DNA of 36,572 nt from Promethearchaeota archaeon (GCA_016930515.1 JAFGGO010000065.1:1-36572), one strand, 5' to 3'. Numbered from the stretch's first letter, positions 17,756 to 27,580 are shown. Notes: generated from the letters alone by a model not told the origin. Numbers and translations: made by a program.

Positions 17756-18367
17756 ATGGACCAAGAAACGGGGATAGTTAAGGATGTTTTGATCATTTGC
17801 CCAAAATGCCAAAAAAGAAAAAAGCTACAAATTCCCGTCAAAATCATCAATAAAAGCAAACAATTAACCACCGTATCGATCCCTGCGGAAATTTGCTGTG
17901 AACACGGATTTCAGGCGTTTATTGATAAAAACTTTAAGGTTCGCGGGTATCAACAAGTAGATTTCGATTTTTCTAAGTTAGAATACTTGGAAAAAGAAGG
18001 ACAACCAGACGAAGAGATCTCCGAACTAGAAGAAATCATTAAAGTACTAAGGAATTGCGTGGACGATAATGATGTTCTCGGAAGCGCGTTGTTTAACATA
18101 GAAGGCAAGGTACTATATTCCTCTCTATCAACTGACACCTTGTTTAATACTATCCGGGAATTTGAAACCCGAAAAGAAGAACAATTAGCTAAGATTAATC
18201 GCATCTACCTCGTGCTGGAAAACAGGCAAATGGTTTGTTCTAAGTTTTTCGACATTCAAGATAAAGAATTTATTTTAACCGTGATTCTTTCCGAAAAAGT
18301 TAAAATCGGGATGGGAAACCTTATCCTGAGAAACCTCGAAAAAGAACTCCTAAATTTGATACATTAA
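17756..18367 (+). CDS. Zinc-ribbon plus Roadblock/LC7-like domain protein, paralog 2
   Basis: CPKC...CCEHGFQAFIDKNFKVRGYQQVDF, nearly identical to 5832..6473; VLGSALFNIEGKVLYSSL; GGAG upstream. Confidence 0.65.
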   Translation: MDQETGIVKDVLIICPKCQKRKKLQIPVKIINKSKQLTTVSIPAEICCEHGFQAFIDKNFKVRGYQQVDFDFSKLEYLEKEGQPDEEISELEEIIKVLRNCVDDNDVLGSALFNIEGKVLYSSLSTDTLFNTIREFETRKEEQLAKINRIYLVLENRQMVCSKFFDIQDKEFILTVILSEKVKIGMGNLILRNLEKELLNLIH

Positions 18368-18494
18368 CAAATTCATTTAATTTTCAAAGGGAATAACATG
18401 ACAAATTTTTGTATATCAGTTATTTACCAGACTGATTTAAATACCTTGTTTTAATTTATTACTCATATTAACTGTAAACGACTAAAATATCAAG

Positions 18495-19115
18495 ATGAAT
18501 GAATCAAATATTAATTGCTATTACCATCCTAAAAGGAGCGCAATAACTAAATGTGAAGCCTGCCAAAAAACTATATGTGTTGAATGTAAAATGGTCTATC
18601 AACAAAGACACATGTATTCTTCTTATGCTGGTGGACGCCACCACCACCATTCTTATTACACCCGACACGAGCTTTGTCCTCCGTGTTATTACGATAGACG
18701 CATTAGGACTATTAAATCGCCTATGAAATACTGCTTTGTACTTTTTGGCTTGATATTTACGATCGTTGCCATATCCATGGTTTCCCATTCGCTTGAATTT
18801 GTTTCCGCATGGAATGGGCCCTCTTCAATGCCAGGTCCGGATATCTTTCCCGTCTTTGCGAGTATTTTCGTTATTGTTGGTGTTGGATTGATGATATTTG
18901 GAATTATAAACATAATTACCGGGCCCAAAAGGGTAGATAATTTAGAAATAAAAAAACAAGCTTTCCTTGCAAACCTATCATCAGTAGAACCAAAACAACC
19001 AATGATCCAAGTAACAAAAAGAGCTTCTCTAAAAAATTATTACCCTTACTGTGGAGATGAGATTAGTCTTGAAGAGAAGATATGCGATAAATGCGGTATA
19101 GATCTCGAAAAATAA
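18495..19115 (+). CDS. B-box-type zinc finger, 2-TM, zinc-ribbon membrane protein
   Basis: CYYHP...CEAC...CVEC; two hydrophobic helices; C-terminal YPYCG...CDKCG. Confidence 0.7.
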   Translation: MNESNINCYYHPKRSAITKCEACQKTICVECKMVYQQRHMYSSYAGGRHHHHSYYTRHELCPPCYYDRRIRTIKSPMKYCFVLFGLIFTIVAISMVSHSLEFVSAWNGPSSMPGPDIFPVFASIFVIVGVGLMIFGIINIITGPKRVDNLEIKKQAFLANLSSVEPKQPMIQVTKRASLKNYYPYCGDEISLEEKICDKCGIDLEK

Positions 19116-19162
19116 CAATTAATAGTGTATGTGTATGATAAAAAAAAAATTAATTTAAAGCA

Positions 19163-19750
19163 TTACGTGGACACATTGAAAAAGCCATTCATCAGTTTGA
19201 TAAGAACACCTATTAATTCATCATCAGTACCGTAATAATTCTCCAATATGATATGAATATAAATGGTGTTTATGAGGAGCTTTGAAAGAATTGATAATAT
19301 TCTCTCTTGACCAATAAAATTAGGTAAGTAATCTTTAATTAATTGAGTGATTAGATGGCTATTTCTCGCTTCTCTCATCGCTAATTCTTTTTTTGCGCTT
19401 TCTAAAAACTTCGTATTCGTGAGTAATTCAACCTCAAAACCCTTGATAAGTGGTGAAATCTCTCGAATTGCTTTGAATGCCTCCGTTAAATACTCTTTAC
19501 TTCTTTTGGGATCACCTACTAATTGTTGAATGTCAGTAAAGTCGATTAATTTCATGTACTTTGCACCAAAAGAAGCCATAATATCGTATAAGATCGATAA
19601 TTTACCGTCTGGAAAGTGATAATATAATGTCCCTATGCTGATCTCTGCTTCTCGGGCAATCCTTCTTGCACTAATAGAATTATACCCGTGCTTCATAATG
19701 AGGTCGATTGCAATCTTGAGAATCTTTTCCTTCCCTTCGAGTTGGCTCAT
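19163..19750 (-). CDS. TetR/AcrR family transcriptional regulator
   Basis: KILKIAIDLIMKHGYNSISARRIAREAEISIGTLYYHF helix-turn-helix. Confidence 0.92.
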   Translation of the reverse strand: MSQLEGKEKILKIAIDLIMKHGYNSISARRIAREAEISIGTLYYHFPDGKLSILYDIMASFGAKYMKLIDFTDIQQLVGDPKRSKEYLTEAFKAIREISPLIKGFEVELLTNTKFLESAKKELAMREARNSHLITQLIKDYLPNFIGQERILSILSKLLINTIYIHIILENYYGTDDELIGVLIKLMNGFFNVST

Positions 19751-19809
19751 GTATCTTTTTCAGATATCCTTTTATCAGTTTTAAATCAAATAAATAAAAA
19801 AAAAATAAA

Positions 19810-20559
19810 TTAAGATTTTGTTATTACCGTCTCGATTATCCTACCGTCTCGCATTTTTAAGATGCGATCGGCTAAAGCGCCCACAGCGGGGTCGTGCGTT
19901 ACCATCAAGATTGTTTGATTAAGTTCGGCGTTAAGACTTCGCAAGAGCTTGATAATCTCCATTCCCATTTTCGTATCCAGTTCACCCGTAGGTTCGTCGG
20001 CAATCAAGATCGATGGCTCATTACACAACGCACGCGCTATGGCAACTCGTTGTTGCTCACCTCCAGAAAGCTCCGAAGGAAGATGATCCTTCATTTCGGA
20101 GAGACCAACAATTTTAAGGAATTTATTCACGCTTGCTTCTCTTTGAGCCTTTGGTTTACCGGCGAATACCATGGGAAGTTCGGCGTTTTCGAAAGCCGTG
20201 AGAACGGGCACGAGGTTATAAAATTGAAAAATGAATCCGATCTCTTTTAACCTCAAATTCGTGCGCTCCTTATCGTTCATCTTAGCGATGTTAGTTCCGT
20301 TAATGTAAACACTCCCGCTCGACGGATTATCGAGCGCCCCAATCATATTTAATAAAGTGGTTTTCCCAGAACCCGAAGGACCCATAACCGACACGAATTC
20401 TCCTTTCTGAACCGACATGCTCACGCCACTTAAGGCTCGAACCTCGATACCTTCTGTGATGTTATAGATTTTGTTGAGGTCTATTGTTTGTATGATGGCC
20501 CCCTTCTTTATTTCGGGGCTATCAATCTGTCCGTCTTTTTGAATGCTATCTTTTATCAT
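19810..20559 (-). CDS. ABC ATP-binding protein (LolD/MacB-like)
   Basis: [30 protein letters not shown]. Confidence 0.95.
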   Translation of the reverse strand: MIKDSIQKDGQIDSPEIKKGAIIQTIDLNKIYNITEGIEVRALSGVSMSVQKGEFVSVMGPSGSGKTTLLNMIGALDNPSSGSVYINGTNIAKMNDKERTNLRLKEIGFIFQFYNLVPVLTAFENAELPMVFAGKPKAQREASVNKFLKIVGLSEMKDHLPSELSGGEQQRVAIARALCNEPSILIADEPTGELDTKMGMEIIKLLRSLNAELNQTILMVTHDPAVGALADRILKMRDGRIIETVITKS

Positions 20560-20575
20560 TTGCTAAGCCTCCTTT

Positions 20576-21376
20576 TTAGGTTTTGTAGATCCCTTCTAGC
20601 GGTTTTCCACCTTTCCGTTCATCCGTGATTTGTCCGTCAACGAGGGTTAAAATCTTGTCCGCTACTTCCGCAATCCTAGTGTTGTGCGTGACCATCAAGA
20701 TGGACTGCCCCGCTTCTTTTAATTCCAGAAAGATCTTCATAATGTTCGTCGTCGTGTCCGTGTCAAGCTCTCCCGTGGGTTCATCGGCTAAAATGATGAG
20801 TGGCTCGTTCACTAAAGATCTTGCGATCGTGAGTCTCTGCTGTTCTCCCCCCGACATTTGAGTTGGACGGTGTTCCATGCGTTTATCGAGACCAACTCTT
20901 TTAAGTAAGGATTGAACTTTTTCCTTTCGCTCTTTTTGGTCTTTTTTGGCAAGTAGCATGGGAAGTTCCACATTTTCGTAGGCGGTAAGAATGGGGAAGA
21001 GATTATAGAATTGAAATATCAAGCCGATCTTTTTCAAACGCATTTTCTTGTGTTGCTTATTTGTCATTTGCGTGATATCAAGCCCCATACCCTTTCCATC
21101 TACATTATAGATGATCTTCCCTGCGTCTGGGAAATCCAAGGCACCAAGACAATTAATCGTCGTTGTTTTTCCCGATCCCGATGGACCAACAATGGCGATG
21201 AATTCGCCCTTCTTAACGGTGAGATTGATATTGTTTAAAGCCGTTACTTTTGAACTACCCATCGTATACACCTTGGTAAGCCCGCTAACCTCTAAAATGG
21301 TATCGGGGTCCATCCTGACCGCTTGAGCCGTGGATCTCTGTTCCTTGTTCAGCTTCTTCTTTTCACTTGTCGACAT
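20576..21376 (-). CDS. ABC ATP-binding protein (LolD/MacB-like), second copy
   Basis: [23 protein letters not shown]; true start MSTSE at 21376 after SD GAGGTGAT. Confidence 0.93.
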   Translation of the reverse strand: MSTSEKKKLNKEQRSTAQAVRMDPDTILEVSGLTKVYTMGSSKVTALNNINLTVKKGEFIAIVGPSGSGKTTTINCLGALDFPDAGKIIYNVDGKGMGLDITQMTNKQHKKMRLKKIGLIFQFYNLFPILTAYENVELPMLLAKKDQKERKEKVQSLLKRVGLDKRMEHRPTQMSGGEQQRLTIARSLVNEPLIILADEPTGELDTDTTTNIMKIFLELKEAGQSILMVTHNTRIAEVADKILTLVDGQITDERKGGKPLEGIYKT

Positions 21377-21381
21377 TTTAA

Positions 21382-24300
21382 TCACCTCGTCCTCACGGCG
21401 TCTATGATGTTTAGTCTCGCCGCCCACCTCGCTGGAAATTGTGAACTCGCAATAACAGTCGCAACCACGATGAGAATTAGCCAGAAAATAGTAATGAACG
21501 GTATCGTGAAGGTGACAGCGAGAAATCCTCCTCCTGGCATAACATCCACCATCAACCATCCTTGAAGAATGCCTGCCAAGATACCCACGGCAAGGCCTAA
21601 TACGGCTAAAACATAGGTCTCTCCCGATATAGAACGAGTCACACCGCTCCTACTCAATCCAATGGACCTGAGCATGCCAATCTCTCTCCTGCGTGCCATA
21701 GTGGTAAGTAAGCTATGTAATGCTAGACCTATCATTGCGATCATAATGCAGAAAAGAAGCAAGCTGTTCGTTATGAAGACGATCAAATTAACCATCGTGT
21801 TGAATGTAGATTCCATAAAAGATCTGGTAAACGAGAATATCACCAAGAAACCGTTATCCTCTAAGTAAGAAAGAATGTCGTCTAATACTGTCTCGTCGCT
21901 TGCACCTGGCTCGATCCACACATACCATTCAAATACAAAGTTCCTAAGCTCTACTAAGGTTCGAAAGTCTCTCAACGCATATTCTTCCCCGAAGCTATTA
22001 AGTTGAGACCCGAGCAAAAATTCTACCATCCAAATAGTATCGGGATTAGTACAATGAATTAACACCGAAGTGACTTCATCGTAGGAAGCGTTAGACCCGC
22101 TATAATCCGCAAAGACGATATTTCTCGCGTTCTCGTAACTAATGTATATGCTATTTCGACCGATATCGTTTCCCAGAGGGTATTTGAAAGGGAAAGAGTA
22201 TCTTTCGAAATTGCTTAGTGTAGGTGCTTCTATAATTCCAACGATTTTAAAAGGTTCCCATAAAGTCGACGCATTAAATGGATCATAGATATGGGTCGAA
22301 TTTTTGAATCCAAAGCTTAAAGAATCGATTGATAATTTGAAATATTCGTTGAATGTGGAATTGTATCCTAAGATTCTTAGTGTGAGATTATTACTATTGG
22401 GATTGAAGTATAAGTGGTTTAAGTTGAAATTGAAAGTATTATTTGTTTCTGTGAGGTTATTGATTGATCCTAATGTTTCGAAAGTTTGCGTATAGTAATT
22501 AAGCGCTTGTAACTCGATATTATCGACAGTAGTATTAACCTGTGTTTCAATGCTTACATTTATTGCTTTAATGTATCGATGGTTAAAATTCTGAGTTATT
22601 TCAAAAGCAAGCCAATTTTGGTTGCTTGTAGCGTTCAAGAATGCATTATCTGAATTCGTTAAATCTCCTACGACTCCTATAATGGTACCGTTATCTGTAT
22701 ATGGAATTATTGATGTAAAATTAGTTGATGTCCCTGCATTAATCCCTGCTTCAGTAAATTCGAATGGAAAAATATATATCAAATCACCTAACTTGTAATT
22801 GGAATTATTAATGAAAGATGCATCAACAACGCATATTTTTTCTGTTGTATTTAATACTTCTTCCATTGTTAATCCCTCGTATCCTGGCAGTCGTGCGATA
22901 ATTGAATTGTTCCCAAAGAAAATATCAGATCTTAAGTTTCCAGTAGAATTCACGTGAACTCCCGTAATTACAGAATTTTTGATGCTTTCTAATGTGTTAT
23001 TAGAATAAATCGCTGAATATTCCATTCTCGTAGTGTAATAGTCAATGTCGCTAATGTTATTAAGAAATCCTTCAATATCGGAAAAGTTAAACCAGCCAGA
23101 TTGTATTGAATCTATATCTTGATTGCCCGTATCGCTTTTCTTTCTCAACAGGATATCCGTTCCACCTCCTGGTATATCTTCCGTGGCTTTTTCCGTGTAT
23201 GTAGACCAGGAAATGAAGGCGTTGTACTGCTTGCCTTGTCCTGCCAGTCCTAGAAGATTCGTGGTGGCAAAGCCTTGCATTTCGGAAATGATGGCACTCA
23301 CCATTAATGTCGTTGTAAACGCCATATCGCTTGCGTTATAGGCGTTTAATTCAAGTCCCGCTGCAATTGCTGAATAACCAAATCCATACGATAATCGTGC
23401 GTTAATAACATCTCCAACTTTGAGTTCATAATCCCTGGCAAGATTTTCATCAATGATAACATTATATCCCGACTCGATCTCGTCCATGATACTGTCGATC
23501 GTTGCGGTAGATGGCAAAATTATAGTGGTGTCTCTCAGATGCTCTTTAATTTTTGCAGGATCGACTACTCTAACCGTTATTGTTTCATTATAATCCGTTT
23601 CTGATGAGTCGTGACCAATCCATGTGTTGTCAATGAGAAATTGACCGTTAACTGAATTCACACCCATTACATCTTCAACTCCAGATATACTTTGAAGTCC
23701 TGTTTCAAAAATTCTAGGTGTTGGACTTATTACTCGTATATCAGAGCCCATGAAGTCACCTATGCTCGTGTCTATTCCCGATCGAATGGATTCAAGCATC
23801 ACGCTCATTCCGATAAGGAAACTCGTGGTAAGGGCGATCATGGTGAATGTCAAGGCCGTCCTTTTTCGATGTCTCAGGATGTTCTTTTCCGTCAACAACC
23901 TGGTCTTTCGAAGATAGGGCCTGAAAAGCGTGACAACGAACTTGTTAAGTGGTTTCAAGCAGAGTGCCGTGAACCAAATTATGCCAAATAGGACTAATAC
24001 TGGTGCGAACATGCTAGTGACCACTCCACTCGAGGCCCCGCTTCTCGAAATGACTTGATGCGTCTCGGATGGTGCGTTAAGAAGATATATACCGTAAGCG
24101 ATCAATCCTATTGATAGGAGTATGAAGATTATTCTTCTCAACACGTGTTTCTTGACTCTTTCTGACTTCTCCTCAATTGGGCTCAGACATTCGATGATTG
24201 GCTTTCGACTCGCCTTCCAGCTCGGGTAAATCGAAGCAAGTATGCAAGCGATCAAGCCCACGACGAAAGTTGATATAAGTGTTACCGGATAGAGCACGAT

Positions 24301-25563
24301 TCTATAGCTTGTAATAGTGAGACCACCCGCAGACGACGCTATGCTCTTTAATGCGTCAATTACGGCAGTAAAGATCAAAGTTGATATGCCGTACGATGCG
24401 ATTGTCCCGATTATTGAACCGACGACTCCCATAATTACTCCTTGCAGTAAGAACATCTTGAAAGTCTCGGATTTCGACGCTCCAATCGCTTGGAACATGC
24501 CCGTCTCGTATTCTTGCTCTTTTCTGATGATGTTGAAGATGTTCATCATCAAAATGACAGCAAGAATGAGCGCAATTATGCCAAAGATCATGAATACGGT
24601 AGCGAGGATGCTCATCGTGGTATCAATCATATCAAGACTGTCGGTCTTCAGGTCTTGGGTCTTCCACTCCAATCCGTCGTCAAGATCGTCCAATATATTT
24701 TGAATGTGTTTTGTCACGGAGGAAACTTGATAAATATTGTCTGTTCCAACAACTCCCAGATTATATTCGCCTGCGTGACTTCCAGAGCCGTCAACGAGAG
24801 AATAAGCGTTTGAAATGTTTAAAAATACTCCTGGACCCATGATAGAACCTAAAAAGCTCGATTCTAATCCTTCAGATTCTGTTGTATTTGATGCGTCAAA
24901 ATCTCGAGCCTCTGAGGTATCTCGTATGACTGCAGTAACTGTGTATGCGTCCCATGTTCCCGTGTTATCTTCTTCGTATCCCACTCGGGTTCCGTAATCA
25001 AAGGGCAAGATCCAAACGGTATCTCCCGCTTCAATGTCGTTTCCCAACTCGATTTTGAGAGATTGCGATATGACGACTACCCTGCTGCCCGTTTCGTTAT
25101 CCGTATAATCTAATAATTCTTCTATGGTGGTTCCCCCATTTAACGAATCCAATATGTAGGGCTGTCCTCCCAATTCTCGCTCGTCTGGATTGTCGATGTT
25201 GATGCCGTTAATTTCGGTTTGCGTGCTGTTGTAATATTCCGTGCCGCTATCGGTAGGACTGACTTTAACGTTAAAACCAGTGATACGATATGCCACGGAA
25301 TCGACATGGCTTATACCCTCAATCTGGTCAGTAATATCGATAGGATCAAACCAATTATCGGTTATATTCGCTGGCTTGAATAATACATCCGCAGATCCTA
25401 ACTGCTTGTCAATTGTTTCGACCATCATGACTTCAAAGGAGTCTGAAACAATAGAAACGCCTCCGAACAAGGCAACACTAATGATAAGTGCGATTGCGGT
25501 TAGAAAATAACGAAGCTTGCGTCTTTTCATGTTACGCCATGTAATTTTTAATATTATACCCAT
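21382..25563 (-). CDS. Large FtsX/MacB-family ABC permease (1393 aa)
   Basis: WRNMKRRKLRYFLT; two FtsX domains (EYETGMFQAIGAS, RREIGMLRSIGLS); large extracellular domains. Confidence 0.92.
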   Translation of the reverse strand: MGIILKITWRNMKRRKLRYFLTAIALIISVALFGGVSIVSDSFEVMMVETIDKQLGSADVLFKPANITDNWFDPIDITDQIEGISHVDSVAYRITGFNVKVSPTDSGTEYYNSTQTEINGINIDNPDERELGGQPYILDSLNGGTTIEELLDYTDNETGSRVVVISQSLKIELGNDIEAGDTVWILPFDYGTRVGYEEDNTGTWDAYTVTAVIRDTSEARDFDASNTTESEGLESSFLGSIMGPGVFLNISNAYSLVDGSGSHAGEYNLGVVGTDNIYQVSSVTKHIQNILDDLDDGLEWKTQDLKTDSLDMIDTTMSILATVFMIFGIIALILAVILMMNIFNIIRKEQEYETGMFQAIGASKSETFKMFLLQGVIMGVVGSIIGTIASYGISTLIFTAVIDALKSIASSAGGLTITSYRIVLYPVTLISTFVVGLIACILASIYPSWKASRKPIIECLSPIEEKSERVKKHVLRRIIFILLSIGLIAYGIYLLNAPSETHQVISRSGASSGVVTSMFAPVLVLFGIIWFTALCLKPLNKFVVTLFRPYLRKTRLLTEKNILRHRKRTALTFTMIALTTSFLIGMSVMLESIRSGIDTSIGDFMGSDIRVISPTPRIFETGLQSISGVEDVMGVNSVNGQFLIDNTWIGHDSSETDYNETITVRVVDPAKIKEHLRDTTIILPSTATIDSIMDEIESGYNVIIDENLARDYELKVGDVINARLSYGFGYSAIAAGLELNAYNASDMAFTTTLMVSAIISEMQGFATTNLLGLAGQGKQYNAFISWSTYTEKATEDIPGGGTDILLRKKSDTGNQDIDSIQSGWFNFSDIEGFLNNISDIDYYTTRMEYSAIYSNNTLESIKNSVITGVHVNSTGNLRSDIFFGNNSIIARLPGYEGLTMEEVLNTTEKICVVDASFINNSNYKLGDLIYIFPFEFTEAGINAGTSTNFTSIIPYTDNGTIIGVVGDLTNSDNAFLNATSNQNWLAFEITQNFNHRYIKAINVSIETQVNTTVDNIELQALNYYTQTFETLGSINNLTETNNTFNFNLNHLYFNPNSNNLTLRILGYNSTFNEYFKLSIDSLSFGFKNSTHIYDPFNASTLWEPFKIVGIIEAPTLSNFERYSFPFKYPLGNDIGRNSIYISYENARNIVFADYSGSNASYDEVTSVLIHCTNPDTIWMVEFLLGSQLNSFGEEYALRDFRTLVELRNFVFEWYVWIEPGASDETVLDDILSYLEDNGFLVIFSFTRSFMESTFNTMVNLIVFITNSLLLFCIMIAMIGLALHSLLTTMARRREIGMLRSIGLSRSGVTRSISGETYVLAVLGLAVGILAGILQGWLMVDVMPGGGFLAVTFTIPFITIFWLILIVVATVIASSQFPARWAARLNIIDAVRTR

Positions 25564-25648
25564 GTTTTCTTTAACTCTATTTTTTGTTATATTTTTTTGT
25601 ATAAAACATCCAACTGTAAAAATTTGGATTTCAGTTTCAGTTCGTAAA

Positions 25649-25673
25649 TTTTATCGAACACTGCACGATAAAA
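25649..25673. promoter_or_regulatory. Palindromic operator 1 (TTTTATCG-N9-CGATAAAA), putative TetR site
   Basis: 8-bp inverted arms; 21-bp core repeated exactly at 25694. Confidence 0.7.
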
Positions 25674-25684
25674 ATATGTACGCA

Positions 25685-25692
25685 TTTATAAA
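25685..25692. promoter_or_regulatory. Putative archaeal TATA box TTTATAAA
   Basis: Consensus TATA between the two operators, upstream of the ABC operon and the divergent hydrolase. Confidence 0.5.
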
Positions 25693-25716
25693 CTTATCGA
25701 ACACTGCACGATAAGT
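25692..25716. promoter_or_regulatory. Palindromic operator 2 (ACTTATCG-N9-CGATAAGT), putative TetR site
   Basis: 8-bp inverted arms; core TTATCGAACACTGCACGATAA identical to operator 1. Confidence 0.7.
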
Positions 25717-25820
25717 CTGATATTTTTATTATCTTTAAAAGTCTTGAGGGGTCCAATTATTGAGTGCAAAAAAAGTATCATTCTACCAATCTTTAAAATT
25801 TATAGTTCATTAAAAATTCT

Positions 25821-26675
25821 ATGGAACTATTACAGAAACTTGAAGAACATTTTATTGAAGTAAATGGCGTAAAGCTTCACACAATAATTGTTGGCTCAGG
25901 AAAGCCTATAGTATTACTGCATGGATTCCCCGAATTTTGGTACACATGGAGGACTGTGATAGATGGCCTGAAAGACTCATATAAGCTAATCGTTCCAGAT
26001 CTAAGGGGATATAACCTTTCTGATAAGCCTCAAGGAGTTGAAAATTATACATACGATGTGATTGTTGAGGACATAAAACAATTAAGCGAAAAGTTAAACC
26101 TTGGGAAGTTCACTCTCGTTGGACACGACTGGGGTGGATTTATAAGTTGGGCGTTTGCCGAGCTTCATCCCGAACTTCTAGATCGGGTAATCATTCTTAA
26201 CGCTGCTAATCCTGCTATATTCCTCAAGCATCTTTTAAATAATCCCGCTCAACAAAAAGCCAGTGCGTATACTTACGAGATGGCATCTCCCGAAGGTGCA
26301 AGCAATCTTTTAAAAGACGATTGCGAAATGTTAAAAAAAACGGTATTTTATCTTGCGGCAAATAAGGAGGGCTATACAGAATTCGATAAAGAGCAATATG
26401 TGAAGGCTTGGACTCAACCAGGAGCAATGAGAGCTTCTTCTCTATATTATAGGGCAAACCAGAAAAATTTTAATAAATTAACAGGAATTATTAATATTCC
26501 AACAATGGTTATATGGGCAATGAAGGACATATTCATGCTTCCTGAATTACTCGACGAGTTGCCAGATTATGTAAAAGATTTGAAGGTCATTAGAGTCGAA
26601 AATTCGACCCACTGGATCATGAACGACAACCCTGAAGTTGTGGTTTCAAGCATCCGAAATTATTTGTTAAAATAA
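25821..26675 (+). CDS. Alpha/beta hydrolase, epoxide hydrolase-like
   Basis: LLHGFPEFWY, DLRGYNLSDKP, GHDWGG (Asp nucleophile), YYRA, catalytic HW. Confidence 0.9.
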   Translation: MELLQKLEEHFIEVNGVKLHTIIVGSGKPIVLLHGFPEFWYTWRTVIDGLKDSYKLIVPDLRGYNLSDKPQGVENYTYDVIVEDIKQLSEKLNLGKFTLVGHDWGGFISWAFAELHPELLDRVIILNAANPAIFLKHLLNNPAQQKASAYTYEMASPEGASNLLKDDCEMLKKTVFYLAANKEGYTEFDKEQYVKAWTQPGAMRASSLYYRANQKNFNKLTGIINIPTMVIWAMKDIFMLPELLDELPDYVKDLKVIRVENSTHWIMNDNPEVVVSSIRNYLLK

Positions 26676-26712
26676 GAGAGAAATTGTAAAAGATCGTAAT
26701 TTTTTAGTACGA

Positions 26713-27148
26713 CTACTTTTTCTCGTTGCTTCCAGTTTCGTAACTTTTTTCAAGCTCAAAATTCCATTCTGTACCATTTTTCTCTTCCCACACATCTCTT
26801 GCAATATATAAAAGAGGCTCATACCATTGATCGATATTCTTTGGCATTTTTATTGGATCGTTTAATACTTCTTGGTAATAAGATTTACCCTTTGCGACTA
26901 TATAACACCTACAATAGAGAAATCCATCAGCAGAGGTCCTGGAATCCCCAGAGTTTCTCATGTATTCTTCTCCATCGAGTTCAAAAAGCACATCGGTCAA
27001 ATATGCTTCAAAATTCTTGATATCCTCTTCATTTAGCATAATAAGTGCCTGATAAAGGTTTCACTGCGAGATCTTCGTATCCTTCTCCTTTATCCAAGGT
27101 TTCAGTATCAACCACATCTATTAAATCCCAAAATTTATCGAGATCCAT
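26713..27148 (-). pseudogene. DUF4240-like protein split by a frameshift near 27050
   Basis: ATG 27148 gives MDLDKFWDLID...AVKPL, then shifts frame into QALIMLNEEDIKNF...SADGFLYCRCYIVAKG...SYETGSN. Confidence 0.7.
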
Positions 27149-27208
27149 AATTATTTGAAGACTTGATCGTTATTAAGTATAAATACCATATAGAGTAGTT
27201 CTGTACGA

Positions 27209-27580
27209 ATGACAATCGAAAATAAAGTTTCTCATGTCGAACTGCGTTCTATCAAAAAAATGTACGATAAACGTCCTGTTCTCGATAATATCTCTTTTCA
27301 AATAGATAGGGGAACTGTTTTTGGATATATTGGGCCAAATGGGGCGGGAAAAACGACAACTATGAAAATTATCGTTGGATTGATCCAAAATTATGATGGT
27401 AGCGTGCTGATTAATGGCCTGGACACCAAAAAAGACAACAAGGAGTTCCACAAATCCTTGGGATATCTCCCACAAGAATCGGGATTCCAACAATGGAGAA
27501 CGGTAGATCACGCTCTTAAGACATTTGGAAACCTTTCGGGTCTCAATTCCGATAGTTTGGAAGCTCGTATTCAAAAGTAA
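27209..27580 (+). pseudogene. Truncated ABC-2-type ATP-binding protein (N-terminal part only)
   Basis: GPNGAGKTT and GYLPQ present; ends before the signature motif and Walker B. Confidence 0.8.

Noticed and set aside
5832-18367. Che cluster as a mobile element bounded by direct repeats
   Set aside because: The flanking paralogs are substantially diverged; no transposase, integrase or att site is seen
21377-21559. 61-aa N-terminal extension of the ABC ATPase in the ORF track
   Set aside because: Overlaps the permease in another frame; a strong SD precedes ATG 21376
25651-25714. 21-bp direct repeat as a mini CRISPR array
   Set aside because: Only two copies, a 22-bp spacer containing a TATA box, and no cas genes; an operator pair fits better
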